Assembly: GCA_009781185.1 (NCBI GenBank)
Contig: WQYP01000002.1
Coordinates: 6,873 to 70,872 of the forward strand
Direction of reading: 5' to 3'
From: Phycisphaerales bacterium
Lineage (GTDB): Bacteria; Planctomycetota; Phycisphaerae; WQYP01
Length of the DNA: 64,000 bases
Of the stretch, positions 16,422-27,800 are shown in pieces (the stretch's first letter is position 1; each line of letters opens with the position of its first letter). Under the pieces are notes generated by a model. That model saw only the letters and a program-made list of their open reading frames with translations. It ran no database searches and was not told the origin of the DNA. Both the position numbers and the translations under genes were made by a program.

Positions 16422-17629
16422 TCGGCGTACTGATGGTCATTCTCTTTGTGCCGCTGGGGCTGTTCTGGTCGCTCTGGCTGCTCTTCGCGGCGATGGCAGC
16501 TTTGCCTGCCAAGTCGAGCGGCAGGCAAGCCTGCCGGCTAAATAAAGAATGTTGCCTTATCGATATTCTTATCCCTGCGCATGATGAAGAATTACTGTTG
16601 CCCGAATTGCTCAAATCGTTGCGGGAGCAGACCGCTGCCGGAAAGTCCCGCATGGGTATGATCCTCGTCATTGCCGATCACTGTACCGACGCCACCGCGG
16701 CGTTCGCCCGCTCCTTCGGCGCGACGGTGCTGGAGCGTTCCACCGGCCCACGCGGCAAACCCGCGGCCCTCCGTGACGGTCTGGACTTCCTGAAAGTCCG
16801 AACTCGCCATGCGCTGATGATCCTCGACGCCGATTGCGTTTGCTGTGCGAATTACCTCGAGGCAATGGCCGACGCTCTCGATGCCGGCAACCTCGCTCTT
16901 CAGTCCGCGTCCCTCCTGGTTCCCGAGAATGCAACCACAACATCACCGCTCTCTCCGTCGCAACTGGCCTTTGCGCTCAAGGATTTCATCCGCCCGCAAG
17001 GCATGTCGTGGCTGGGCATCCCTACGCAACTCTTCGGCACCGGTATGTGCTTTCATCCCGACGTGCTCCACAGCGACGCTCTGTGCTTCCACGATCATCT
17101 TGCCGAGGACCTTGCGCTCTCGCATCACTTGCTTCTGCGGGGAATTTCCGTGGCGTTTGTCGCGGACGCCATGATCCGCTCACCGCTGCCGACGACTTCC
17201 GCCGCGATGTCACAGCAAAAACTCCGCTGGGAAACCGGACAAGTGCAGACATGGCGAAAGATACCGAGCCTGCTGGTCAAGCTGTTGCTGGCGTTTCGCT
17301 GGCGAAGTGCCATCGCGCTTCTCGACTGGTCCGCGCCGCCGCTGGCGATGGCGGTTTTTACGTGGGTGATGCTCACTGTTGTCACCTTCATCTTGATCGC
17401 GTGCCGCCTGATTTCGCCGTGGATCGTGCTTGCACCGTTGAGCACGATCGCGATTCTTGCACTTTACGTGCTCATCGGGACGCTTCAGTTGGCGACGCTC
17501 GGAGCTGTTGTGCGTCTGACGCTGGCTGTGCCGAGATTCCTGCTCTGGAAAGCCGCTCTTTATCTCCGCATGCTCACGGGTCATTTCCCGACGCACTGGC
17601 AGCGAACGCCACGCGGCGCAGTGAAATAA
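16418..17629 (+). CDS. Membrane-bound glycosyltransferase family 2, with N- and C-terminal TM helices.
   Basis: IDILIPAHDEE...MILVIADHCTD...LMILDADC are GT2 motifs flanked by hydrophobic segments. 4-nt overlap with the upstream GT4 gene. Confidence 0.65.
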   Translation: MIGVLMVILFVPLGLFWSLWLLFAAMAALPAKSSGRQACRLNKECCLIDILIPAHDEELLLPELLKSLREQTAAGKSRMGMILVIADHCTDATAAFARSFGATVLERSTGPRGKPAALRDGLDFLKVRTRHALMILDADCVCCANYLEAMADALDAGNLALQSASLLVPENATTTSPLSPSQLAFALKDFIRPQGMSWLGIPTQLFGTGMCFHPDVLHSDALCFHDHLAEDLALSHHLLLRGISVAFVADAMIRSPLPTTSAAMSQQKLRWETGQVQTWRKIPSLLVKLLLAFRWRSAIALLDWSAPPLAMAVFTWVMLTVVTFILIACRLISPWIVLAPLSTIAILALYVLIGTLQLATLGAVVRLTLAVPRFLLWKAALYLRMLTGHFPTHWQRTPRGAVK

Positions 17630-17631
17630 GT

Positions 17632-17712
17632 TGTTAAGTCATCAGGTCGTTAAGTCGTTAAACCATCAAATCGTTAAATCGATTTAACGATTTAACGACT
17701 TAACGATTATAA
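17632..17712. repeat. Long palindrome built from 8-mer CGTTAART units (…CGTTAAGTCGTTAAACcatcaaatCGTTAAATCGATTTAACGATTTAACGACTTAACG…) between the last EPS glycosyltransferase and sulfatase 1.
   Basis: Centre of symmetry at ~17680 (AAATCGATTT). The units match those at 10911-11031 and 7334-7368. Confidence 0.75.
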
Positions 17713-17788
17713 GATCGCTTAGTTGCCGCATGCGTCGATACGCGGAATAATGGCTTCGCCACTATCCCCCCAATTTCTCGAGGCCCCT

Positions 17789-19306
17789 ATGCCCACACAA
17801 ATTGTTTTACTCATGACCGACACCACTCGCCGCGACATGCTGAATTGTTACGCGGACACCGGTCTTCAATCACCGCATCTTGATCGTCTTGCTGCGCAGG
17901 GAATGCGATTCGATCGTGCTTACACGTGTCAGCCCGTTTGCGGGCCCGCTCGTGCCGCACTTTTCACCGGCCAATGGCCGCACACCAACGGCTCCTGGGC
18001 CAACAATATCCCTCTGGCCGCCATCACCCGCCACCTGGGCCAGCGAATCAAAGACGCCAACCCCAATAAAAACATCCACACCGCCTACATCGGCAAATGG
18101 CACCTCGACGCCTCCGACTACTTCGGCACCGGCAAATGCCCCGACGGCTGGGATCCCCAATACTGGTACGACATGCGGAATTACCTCGAGGAGCTTTCGC
18201 CGGAAGACCGCACCCGCTCCCGAAAAATGAGCACCAATCGCGACCCAATCACCGCCGATTTCACCTTCAGCCATCGCTGCTCCAACCGCGCCATCGATTT
18301 CCTGCAAAAGCACAAAAACGAAGACTTTCTGCTGATCGTTTCGTATGACGAGCCGCACGGGCCATGCCTTTGTCCGCCGCCGTATTGCGATATGTATCAG
18401 AATTATGCATTTCCCAAGTCGCCCAATGTGTGGGACACCTTGGCGGACAAGCCCGAACATCAGCGAGCCTGGGCCGGCGAAAAACTCAACCACGACAAGG
18501 CCGCGCGAGACGCCTTGCAGATCACGGGCCGCGACTTTTTTGGCTGCCAGAGTTTCGTCGATTCCGAGATCGGCCGGGTCATCGACGCGATCGACCGCAA
18601 CACGCCGGACGCCATGGTGATCTACACCTCCGACCACGGCGCGGCGCTGGAATCCCACCGCCTTACCGACAAAGGCCCCGCCATGTACGACGAAATCACC
18701 CGCATCCCGCTGATCGTCCGCTGGCCCGGCAAAACGCCCGCCAATACCCTCTGTCCCCACGCCGTCTCTCACATCGATGTCACTCCAACCATTCTCGACG
18801 CCTTCGGCATCCTCACGGAACAAACACAAAAAGTGCTCGAAGGCAAATCGATGCTCCCGACATTTCGCTACCCCGCCATCAAGCCCAACGACGTGATTTT
18901 CATGGAGTTCGGCCGTTACGAAATCGACCACGACTCCCGCGCCGGTCTGGTGCCCATCCGCTGCGCCTTCGACGGCCGTCACAAGCTGTCCATCAACCTG
19001 CTCTCCACCGACGAACTCTACGACCTCGACTCCGACCCCTACGAAATGACCAACCTGATCGCCAGTCCCGCCCATGCCGCAGCCCGCAACCGCCTGCACG
19101 ATGCGATTCTCCACTGGCTCAATGCCACCCGCGATCCCTTCCGCGGCCCAGCCTGGGAACGCCGCCCCTGGCGAAACGACGCACGACCCTACACCTACTC
19201 CTACACCGGCTACCGCCGCCAGCGTCACCCCGACATCGGCGAACAACTGCAACTCGACTATGCCACCGGTTTGCCGCTGACGGAAATGGATGTGCATACC
19301 AGCTGA
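17789..19306 (+). CDS. Formylglycine-dependent sulfatase (arylsulfatase family).
   Basis: LMTDTTRRDMLNCY...VCGPARAALFTGQ contains the C-x-P-x-R motif, with conserved sulfatase metal-binding regions. Confidence 0.85.
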   Translation: MPTQIVLLMTDTTRRDMLNCYADTGLQSPHLDRLAAQGMRFDRAYTCQPVCGPARAALFTGQWPHTNGSWANNIPLAAITRHLGQRIKDANPNKNIHTAYIGKWHLDASDYFGTGKCPDGWDPQYWYDMRNYLEELSPEDRTRSRKMSTNRDPITADFTFSHRCSNRAIDFLQKHKNEDFLLIVSYDEPHGPCLCPPPYCDMYQNYAFPKSPNVWDTLADKPEHQRAWAGEKLNHDKAARDALQITGRDFFGCQSFVDSEIGRVIDAIDRNTPDAMVIYTSDHGAALESHRLTDKGPAMYDEITRIPLIVRWPGKTPANTLCPHAVSHIDVTPTILDAFGILTEQTQKVLEGKSMLPTFRYPAIKPNDVIFMEFGRYEIDHDSRAGLVPIRCAFDGRHKLSINLLSTDELYDLDSDPYEMTNLIASPAHAAARNRLHDAILHWLNATRDPFRGPAWERRPWRNDARPYTYSYTGYRRQRHPDIGEQLQLDYATGLPLTEMDVHTS

Positions 19307-19308
19307 AG

Positions 19309-19399
19309 AATAGTGAATGGTGAATAGTGAAAAGGAATCGCGGATAGCGAAAGGAATCAGGCTGTCGAGCCGTCCATTCACTATTCACTATTCACCATT
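19309..19399. repeat. Inverted blocks of tandem 7-mers (GAATAGTGAATGGTGAATAGTGAA ... TTCACTATTCACTATTCACCATT) filling the gap between the two convergent sulfatase genes.
   Basis: Seen in sequence. The central spacer contains the direct repeat AAGGAATC x2. Confidence 0.75.
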
Positions 19400-20886
19400 T
19401 ACCACCGCCGATCTATCGCCAGCGGCGCCACGTCCGCCGTCTCGATCATGAACCGCAGCAGTCGTTCTCGCATCATCTCCCGTACGCCGCTCCGCGACGG
19501 ATCGTCGATGACATTCCGCAACTCGCTCGGATCGTTTCGCAGATCGTAAAGCTCATCTTTCTCGAAGAGCCGTTTGACGTATTTCCATTCTTTTGTTCGG
19601 CACATTACGCCTTTACCATGCTCCGGCCCGTCGGCTACCTGAAGGCTTATTCGCGGCCAATATAGATTGTCCGGATCCGTTCCGCCCTTCGACTCACGTT
19701 CCCGCGTGTGCTGTTCTTCCATCAACCGCCCGCCTTCGCAGAACACCGCGTCCCGATGCTCATCCCGCCCCCCCCCCTCACCCGCCACCACCGGCAACAG
19801 CGATCGCCCAAAATACGTGTAGCCCGGATCGATGCCCAGCAGGTCGTAAACCGTCGCCGAGAAATCGACCAGTTCCACCATCGCCTCCGAAATTCGCGGC
19901 TTCACCGCCACCCCCTTCGGCGGCTTGATCACAAACGGCACACGCGTCAGCACATCTTCGAACGTGTTCTGCGTCTTCTCCACCAGTCCGTAATCGCCGG
20001 TAAAATCACCGTGATCGGCAAACGTAAAGATCGCCGTGTCATCGTAAATGCCCGCGTCTTTGAGTGCCGCGATGATTCGACCCAGTTGATCGTCTATCCG
20101 CGAGCACATGCCCAGGTAGACCGCCTTGAGTTCCGCCCAGCGCTCTTCGCTCCAGCCCTGCAGCCCTTGCCGCTGGGCAATGCCTTTCAGCAGCGACGGC
20201 TTGTCCGTCCAGTCCGGCGAAGGAATCCGCCTGGCAATCTTCGCCCGGTCGATCACGCTAAAATACGGCTCCTCCACCGCATACGGCGGATGCGGATACC
20301 CCAACGGCAAATAAATGCACAGCGGTTTGTCCGCAGGTGCATTCTTGATCTGCTCAATCGCTCCCAACACATTCGACCAGTCTTCATCCTGGTAAATCTC
20401 CTCGCCTGCCGTTTTTTCCAGTTTGCCTTGCAGGAACGAGAACCACGTATCCGATCCTTTTTCGCCTCGCCACGCATCGGTCGAATGCGGGTTTGCGTAG
20501 CGAATGTCAGGCTCGAATTTCACGTCGCAATGTTCGCCGTAGCCATTCTGTCCCGGCACCAGGTCATTCTTTCCGCCCCACCAGACGTGGTACCCGTTTT
20601 CCTTAAGCACCTTGAGCAGATTCGTCTCGCCCGCCTCCGAATGCAGCATATGAAACATCGTCCGATGCCCGCGCACATGCGGATACCATCCGGTCATAAA
20701 ACTGCACCGGCTCGGCGTACAGACCGTATTCTGACAAAACGCCCAGCGAAACGAGACCGCCTCTTCCCGTGCCAGCCGATCCATCACCGGCGTCTTCGCC
20801 GCTGCGCACCCCATATGCCCCAGACAATCCGCCCGAAACTGATCCGGATTAAAAATCACGATGTGCGGCTTGCGCTTCACAACCAT
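19399..20886 (-). CDS. Formylglycine-dependent sulfatase.
   Basis: IVIFNPDQFRADCLG...CTPSRCSFMTGWYPHVRGHRT contains the C-T-P-S-R motif. Confidence 0.85.
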   Translation of the reverse strand: MVVKRKPHIVIFNPDQFRADCLGHMGCAAAKTPVMDRLAREEAVSFRWAFCQNTVCTPSRCSFMTGWYPHVRGHRTMFHMLHSEAGETNLLKVLKENGYHVWWGGKNDLVPGQNGYGEHCDVKFEPDIRYANPHSTDAWRGEKGSDTWFSFLQGKLEKTAGEEIYQDEDWSNVLGAIEQIKNAPADKPLCIYLPLGYPHPPYAVEEPYFSVIDRAKIARRIPSPDWTDKPSLLKGIAQRQGLQGWSEERWAELKAVYLGMCSRIDDQLGRIIAALKDAGIYDDTAIFTFADHGDFTGDYGLVEKTQNTFEDVLTRVPFVIKPPKGVAVKPRISEAMVELVDFSATVYDLLGIDPGYTYFGRSLLPVVAGEGGGRDEHRDAVFCEGGRLMEEQHTRERESKGGTDPDNLYWPRISLQVADGPEHGKGVMCRTKEWKYVKRLFEKDELYDLRNDPSELRNVIDDPSRSGVREMMRERLLRFMIETADVAPLAIDRRW

Positions 20887-21017
20887 GCCCTTTCATGAAA
20901 ATCTGGGGATTTGACTTTTGCAAAAAACACGATAAACCAGAAGGCCGCCAATCGCAATCGGCAGCTTTCCGGCTTGGTTGTTGATAAAAACTCCTTCGGC
21001 TACTGGCTACTGGTGAC

Positions 21018-24000
21018 TTACATGGAAATTGCGCCCATGGAGAACCATGTTGGCAAATCGGCGATGGCGATGGTAATTAGGCCGTCGTTGGTGCCGTCGT
21101 AGTAACTGGTGCCGATGGTGCCGTCGATGCCCCATGGGTTTTTGAGCGTAACCTTCTTGACGCCGTCGCTATCGGTGAAGACGGCGAAGATCGAGTAGGT
21201 GTGTCCGCCGACGATCGGCGAATCGGGGATGAGTGTCAAACCGGTGGGGGCGGGGTCGCTGTCGATGGCGATAGCCTTGCCAGCGGCGATGGCGTCCTGG
21301 AGGGTTTGGAATAGACTGCCCGTGTCCACGGGGACGAGATTGCCACTGGTGTTGACGGTGAAGGTCTCGAAGGGCGTGCTGCCCACGCCAAGGTCGTTGA
21401 AGACGTTGCCGGGAAAACCGGAGTTAAGGGAGTTATAAGTAGGGTTGATGTTGGTAGTGCCGTTGTCGGCTCGGAAGAGGGCGTAGGCTTTTTCCATGAT
21501 GCAGCCCCAGATCGCGCCGCCGGAGGTGGGTCTGTTGGCATAAAGGCTACCGCCGTACTTCGGCAGATCGCCATCGACGCGGACATACGTCGTGGTCACT
21601 ACTCCGTTCACTGTGCGCATAAACTGCACCGCATACGAGCCGTCGCCCAAGTCCACGGCCATCTGCATCAAACTCGCAGAAAGGCTGTGGGCCAAACTTG
21701 AAATCGCGGCGAGGAAGTAACAATCTCCGAGATTGCCTTGGTGGATGTCGGTGTCCGACGGGCCGGCACCGAAAAGGCTGTAATTACTGTAATTGGAATT
21801 GGAATAGTCCAAGTTAATCTGATTGCCATTGATATCCTTGCCACCTGTCGGATCAAGGAGTTTTTGCCCAGCCAGCTGGGTGCTCACGTCGTTGTAAAAA
21901 CTCGAGATAAGATGCACGCAACCGTTGGCGATTTCCGTCGGGGAGGCGTTGACGGTGTCGGTGGGGTTGGCCCAGAAGGCGGTGTTGATGCCGTTGCCGG
22001 TGAGGGTGTTTTTGTCGCTGTCGCCGATGGTGACGATGAAGCTTTGTGCGGATCCCGCGGCGGTGAGGGTGTTGTTTCCAACGTAGTCGTAAAGGAGGCT
22101 GATGATGTTGACCGAGGAATCCACGGTGATGATGTCGTTGCCATCGCCGCCATAAATTGCCAGTTCCGTGATGCCGGTGGTGGATGCGGTTTGAGTTTGT
22201 CCGTTGGCGACGATGATGAGTGTGGAGCCGGACAGGGAGACGAGAATCGAGTTGTTGCCGGAGGTGCCGGTGATGACCAGACGTTTATAGATGCCTTCTG
22301 TAACCTGGCGGATGGTGACGGGATTGTCGGGGACCGGAACGTCGTTCGTTCCATAGTTGACGTTCAATTCCGCGATCGACCAGTTGCTTTTGCTGCTGCC
22401 CGTTAGCTTAATTCTGATATACCGAGCTGTCTGCGGGACAAATGAAATCGTTATTACTTGCGAAGTACTCGAGCCGGTGGCAATAGAGTTGACCCACGTT
22501 TTATTGTCGCTTGAGACATCAATTTCATAACTGGCCGGAGCGCCTGCGCTACTCGCGCTGCTCCCGGCATCCAATATCAACTGACTGAACGTCTGCAATG
22601 AGCCCATGTCCAGCGTGAACGTTTGTCCACTCGCCTGGGCTTTCCCGGTCGTCCAGAATGTGCCCATGTTTCCATCGAATGCCAGCGCTGGTGGGTTGGA
22701 TGTGGCGCTCGCGGATGCGGTCGCTGTCCACCCTGCGGTGCTCAAAGGCTGCATTAACGAATAGGTCGTTGCGGTGGCCACATCGGTGTAACCCGATTCT
22801 CCGCTTGCGTTGATCGCCTTCACACGATACCAGTACGAACTATCCGTTACAAGGTCGGTGTCGTCGTAGCTGGTCGTGTTTTTCGCCAATGTGGCCACCT
22901 GCGAGAAGTTGATGCCATCGGTCGAACGCTCGACAACAAACCCCGTCTCGTTGCTCGAGTTGTCCGTCCAAGTCAGATGAATCATCGACGTGGTGGCCAC
23001 CGTGCATGCCAGCGCACTCGGAGCAAAGGGGGCGGTGCCATTGACGGTGACGGTTTTCGTGGCGGAGCTGACGTAGCTTCCGGTGCTGGTGAGGATGTCG
23101 ACGGTGATGGTGTAATTGGCGGAGACGACACTGTCGTAAGTGTGGGTTTTGGTGTCGTTGACGCTGTATTGGGTGATTTGGTTGTCACCCCAGTCCACGA
23201 GGTAGCCGGTGACGGTACCGGAGATGCTGGAGAAGACGGTGCCGGTGGTGAGCGTGTAGACTTTGCCTCCAGTAACGCTCGCATTGCCGGAGAGAGCCAC
23301 GAGGTTTGCGGGTGGGGAAAAGACGACGGTGCCGTTGTTGGAAACTTTGGCAAGTTGAGAAGTGCTGTTGCTGTCCCAGTTTAGGGTGCCACTGTTGGTG
23401 AAAGAGGCGGCAATGTATAGGGGTGACTGGAACGGCGTCTGGGGGATCGATAGGGCTGCAAGTGAAAAGGATGTATCCGCATCGAGGGTTAAGGTGACAT
23501 TCCCGTTCCCGGGGATCGCAATCGCCCCACCCACACTGGAATAAGTGGAGTTATTTTCGAAAACAAGGTCGCCTGCCAGCCATTGAACATAACCATTGCT
23601 GCCGCTTGGAGCCACGCTATTGGTAAAGGTGCTTGCGTGGAAAGTCATGGTGTTCGCCGGCGCGTTGAACATGGCGTCTGTGTACATGAGATAAAGAGAC
23701 GAATTTTCAAAAACGATGTTGCCGCTGGTCCAATATAGAGGTGGAGGACACGGGGCTGAAGGAGGCGGAGGTGAGATGCTAGAACCGTTCTGGTACAACA
23801 ATTCGCTGTTATTGAGTGTGAACGTATTATTTCCGCCATCCAGTATGATCTGGCCCCAAAAGCTGTTAAGTGATCCAGAATTCTTCAACTGCCCATTCGT
23901 CAGCGTCACATCGCCTCCTTTCCAGTCGAGTGTACCTGTATTCGTGAACATATTGACGGAAACAGTACCTCCGATCAGGTTCAGTATGCCATCGTTCTCA

Positions 24001-24380
24001 AAATTGACAACGGTCAAATTGCCTGAATGGGTGAGAGTTGCCCCAGTACTAACCACGACGCTCTGCAGGGATGGAGAGTCTCCTCCAATAGAGAAGGTAG
24101 AGATAGATCCTGTTTTTTGAATAATAGCGGTATCGTCGGCAGACAACGTAGTGGGGGTTCCCGAGAGGTTGGCTTGGGTGTACCAGTTGCAATCGCTCCA
24201 GTTGCCGTCGCCGCCCCCCCAGTAGAGGGTGGAGAGGAGCAGGCGGGATTCGAATTGCTCGAAAAGGATTGAGCATCGCGAGTTGGCACGATATGTCGGA
24301 CGGCCTTTGTGCCGAGGTTGCCGCAGAATGCGGCGATACTGGTGCTGGAGAAACGTGGCGGTGTGAGAAGCAAGTGACAT
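21018..24380 (-). CDS. Large secreted multidomain protein. N-terminal planctomycete export motif, beta-helix/Gly-rich repeats, FN3, F5/8 type C (discoidin) domain, and a C-terminal calpain-like (peptidase C2) cysteine-protease domain.
   Basis: N-terminus ...CSILFEQFESRLLLSTLYWGGGDGNWSD. FN3 ...IHLTWTDNSSNETGFVVERSTDG...YWYRVKAIN. Discoidin AFDGNMGTFWTTG...YIRIKLTG...NWSIAELNV. Calpain triad motifs QGNLGDCYFLAAISSLA (Cys), GGHTYSIFAV (His), LKNPWG (Asn). Confidence 0.7.
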   Translation of the reverse strand: MSLASHTATFLQHQYRRILRQPRHKGRPTYRANSRCSILFEQFESRLLLSTLYWGGGDGNWSDCNWYTQANLSGTPTTLSADDTAIIQKTGSISTFSIGGDSPSLQSVVVSTGATLTHSGNLTVVNFENDGILNLIGGTVSVNMFTNTGTLDWKGGDVTLTNGQLKNSGSLNSFWGQIILDGGNNTFTLNNSELLYQNGSSISPPPPSAPCPPPLYWTSGNIVFENSSLYLMYTDAMFNAPANTMTFHASTFTNSVAPSGSNGYVQWLAGDLVFENNSTYSSVGGAIAIPGNGNVTLTLDADTSFSLAALSIPQTPFQSPLYIAASFTNSGTLNWDSNSTSQLAKVSNNGTVVFSPPANLVALSGNASVTGGKVYTLTTGTVFSSISGTVTGYLVDWGDNQITQYSVNDTKTHTYDSVVSANYTITVDILTSTGSYVSSATKTVTVNGTAPFAPSALACTVATTSMIHLTWTDNSSNETGFVVERSTDGINFSQVATLAKNTTSYDDTDLVTDSSYWYRVKAINASGESGYTDVATATTYSLMQPLSTAGWTATASASATSNPPALAFDGNMGTFWTTGKAQASGQTFTLDMGSLQTFSQLILDAGSSASSAGAPASYEIDVSSDNKTWVNSIATGSSTSQVITISFVPQTARYIRIKLTGSSKSNWSIAELNVNYGTNDVPVPDNPVTIRQVTEGIYKRLVITGTSGNNSILVSLSGSTLIIVANGQTQTASTTGITELAIYGGDGNDIITVDSSVNIISLLYDYVGNNTLTAAGSAQSFIVTIGDSDKNTLTGNGINTAFWANPTDTVNASPTEIANGCVHLISSFYNDVSTQLAGQKLLDPTGGKDINGNQINLDYSNSNYSNYSLFGAGPSDTDIHQGNLGDCYFLAAISSLAHSLSASLMQMAVDLGDGSYAVQFMRTVNGVVTTTYVRVDGDLPKYGGSLYANRPTSGGAIWGCIMEKAYALFRADNGTTNINPTYNSLNSGFPGNVFNDLGVGSTPFETFTVNTSGNLVPVDTGSLFQTLQDAIAAGKAIAIDSDPAPTGLTLIPDSPIVGGHTYSIFAVFTDSDGVKKVTLKNPWGIDGTIGTSYYDGTNDGLITIAIADLPTWFSMGAISM

Positions 24381-24824
24381 AAGTGCTCCTTCCGGTTACC
24401 CAAAAAAACGAAACACATTATGCGGGCCAAACAGCATGGCTCGCTCAATCAAAGCCAGCTAAATCCTTTCAGGTCGAGAAACAGCCTCAAGGCAGAACCA
24501 TGACATGAACCTCTTGTTTCTCTTACTCATCAGCTATGCTACTACATATTTTCGGACCATGCCAATAAAAAATGCAAAAAAATGCAAAGAATATAGAAAA
24601 TATAGGAACTTTTTGATAAACTGCGACGTTGCGGCGGCTCAACGTGGGAAATAGAAAGAAATCAGCGCGGGTGGCCGGGGTGCCTGTGCTCGGAGGGGAG
24701 CCGCCTACACGACATTTAATTATCCTGCATTTTTTTAACGTGGTTGGTATGGCTTCTGGCTTCTTTGTGCTAACATACGCGTTCTTCGTCTTGTTGACCT
24801 GTGGTTGTTTCTGGAGGCTTGTTG

Positions 24825-27800
24825 ATGTCTCGTCGTTCTGCCGTTCGTCGTTGCCGGAATGCTTCTTCTCTCGCTACTTATCTGGAATCTCTTGAGCCGC
24901 GGGTGTTTTTGTCAGGCAATCCGCCGACGATCTATGAAGCTTCCGTCAATCTGGCCCAGAACCAACCTTATCAGTTTACCGCCGAGTCCTTCACCTCGCA
25001 GTATTCCGATCCCGAAGGCGATCCGCTCCAGTACGTTTACATCACGCAGTTGCCAACCTATGGGCTCCTCACGCTCAACGGCACTCCGGTCCAGACCTGG
25101 CAGATGATCTATCCTTCCCAACTTTCGCAGCTCGTCTACACCCCGAACACCAACTTCGCCGGACAGGACTCTTTCGGCTGGACGGCCACCGATGGCTCAA
25201 ACTGGGCTACCTCTGACGCAGGCACATCCAGCATCGGCGCATCGATGCTGGGGTTATATGACACCAGTTTCTATTTCAACGTCGACGGTGCCCCTCCCAC
25301 TTTGTCCGATTCTACCAAGTCCGTCGCACAGAATGACACCGTCTACTTCGACTCCACTGATTTCACGGATTCCTTCCACGACTCGAACCTCGGCCCGAAC
25401 CTGGTCAGCATCACGTTCACGTCGCTACCCCAGAACGGCACACTCATGTATATGGACCCCTATACGTTTATGGACACACCCATTTACGAAGGCCAGATCA
25501 TCGCCGCGGACAATTCGGACCCCACAAACTATATTTCGCTGACTTCCATTGTTGAATCGCTGTACTACGTTCCGAACGCCGACTATGCTGGCGCCGATTC
25601 CTTCACATGGACCTGCAATGACGGTGTCAACGACGCCGTCGCTCCCGCCACCGTCAACATCACCGTCGTGCCTTCCGACTCCCTGGTCGTCACCGCCAAC
25701 AGCTCGATCATCGCCCCAGGCTCCGCGACTCCCCAGCATAACAACTTCACCGACTTCGGCTACATGAGCACCACGCCCACCACCGACGGCCAGACCAATA
25801 CTCGCACCTTTACCATCACCAACAACTCAGCTTCCACGATCAACCTGACGGGCGTTTCAATCTCGGGCTCAAACGCCGCCGACTTCACCCTCACCGCTTC
25901 TCCTGATGCTTTTCTTGATCCGGGCAATTCGACCTCCTTCACGATCACTTTTGCTCCCTCGGCCACGGGGGTACGCTCCGCTCTGGTCACCATCGTCAAT
26001 GACGCGGGCGCCGACTACACCTTCACCATCACCGGCACTGGCGTGGCCGTGACCACTTCCTCCGACGGTATCCAAACCGCTGTCCTCCAACCCGGCACAG
26101 GCTCCGTCGTCGCAGGGGCGGGCTCGGTCTTGACCATGCAGTACACCGGCTACACGCTGGACGGTACGCGCTTCGACTCGTCGTTCAATCTCGATCACAC
26201 ACCCCTCCAATTCACCGATGATGGCGTGATCCCGGATCCTTATGGCAATCCCATGACAGATGATCAGGGCAATCCCATTTACATGGTCATCGACGGCTGG
26301 AACGAGGGCATGAAAGGCATGAAAGTCGGCGAAACTCTCCTGCTCTTTATCCCCGCGGCCCTGGCTTACGGCGACGGCGGTAGTGGCAGCATTCCGCCAG
26401 ATGCCACGCTCATCTTCGAAGTCCAGTGCCTCGCCATCGCTCAGCCCATGTTCGGCATCAGCAGCTACAACAATATGGGCAACAGCGTCTACTACGGCTA
26501 CCCCTACGCCTGTGTCGCGCCCGGAAATACTCCCAACGCTTTCGATGGTACCCAATTCTTCGCCGTGCCTCTTTCGGCAGGTGGCTATTCCGAGGATTTC
26601 TATTTCCTGAACGTCGGCTACACTTATCTATTCCCTAACTCCTACTACGAGCAGTACGTTACCGTGCAGCCTCCCGACAATTTCCCGACGAGCGCTTCCC
26701 AGATTACGCTCAGTGGCTCGAACGCCACCAACTTCTCGATTACGAACTTCACCCCCGGAGGTTCCTACTCGTACTTCACGGTCCAATATAATAACACGCA
26801 GCTTGTCAATAGCGCTAAAACCGCCGTCGTCTCCATTGCCTCCAATGGTGTCAATGTACCGATGAGCTTCAACGTGGAGGCTGATCCCTACTATTATTAT
26901 GCACCGAGCATCGTCAAAGCCTCCATACCCACGAAACCGGTCTCCACAGGTAGCGGCGCTCAAGTGTCGCTCTCCGTCAACGTCCAGAACCTCGGCAATC
27001 CCCTCGATAAAGTCGACTTCAACGTTTACCTCTACGACTCCGCCAACACGCAAAACCCCTATACGTGGGTCTACACGCTGGCTAACCAGAGTGTCTCGGG
27101 GATAGGCTTCCTTAAAGGCAAAATCTTCAATCTGAAATTCCAGCTCCCCGTCGGCGTCAGTCCGGGCACGTACCAACTCATCGTCGAAACGGTGCAATCC
27201 GCCAGCAGTACCGTCACAGGAGGAATCGACGGCACACCCAACAACGGGCAACAAACCCAAACCCAATCCCTCACCGTTGTCCAAGGCAACAACGATCCTG
27301 CGATGACCTACTTCATGAGTGAGCCCTCTGACGTGGTCGCTGGCGTGAACCAGACCTTCCAGGTCATCGTGGAGGACCAATACGGCAACCTCGCCAACCA
27401 GTCTCCCCCCATCACCCTCGCGATCCTCAGCGGACCCGACGGCGGCAAAATCGTCGGCAAAGTCACCGCCAAGGTCGTCAAGGGCATCGCGACCTTCAGC
27501 GTCAACTTCCCCATTGCCGGAGAGTATACGCTTATCGCCGAAAACGGTTACCTGGGCGATACTTCCGCGAGCTTTACCGTTTCGCCCGCCGCTCCCGCGA
27601 AACTCGTGGTCTCGCAGCAGCCCACGTCCACCGTCGCAGGCGTCCCAATCGCCCCGGCCGTGACCGTCAGCCTTGTCGACCGCTTCGGAAACGCCGTCAC
27701 CAACGACTCGTCCACCGTGGTGAATCTCGCCCTGTCCACCAAGGTCGCCGGTGCGACGATCGGCGGACCCACTTCCGCCACCGTCGTCAACGGCGTGGCT

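Noticed and set aside
17870-19381. 503-aa minus-strand ORF, with similar long ORFs at 19708..20898 (+), 26628..28298 (-), 39747..41360 (+), 42882..44240 (+), 45229..46470 (+), 48980..50476 (+), 51742..52758 (-), 52889..54214 (+) and 62180..63625 (-).
   Set aside because: All are antisense or out-of-frame to genes with clear homology (sulfatases, giant protein, paralogs, gap, sulP, TPR). Their translations are Gly/Ala/Arg/Pro-rich low complexity, typical of high-GC antisense frames.
24420-24620. Checked the AT-rich intergenic regions (24420-24620, 2200-2300, 44274-44310) for tRNA, CRISPR or IS termini.
   Set aside because: No cloverleaf-compatible pairing, no direct-repeat/spacer periodicity and no terminal inverted repeats with target duplications were seen. 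Interpreted as promoter regions.
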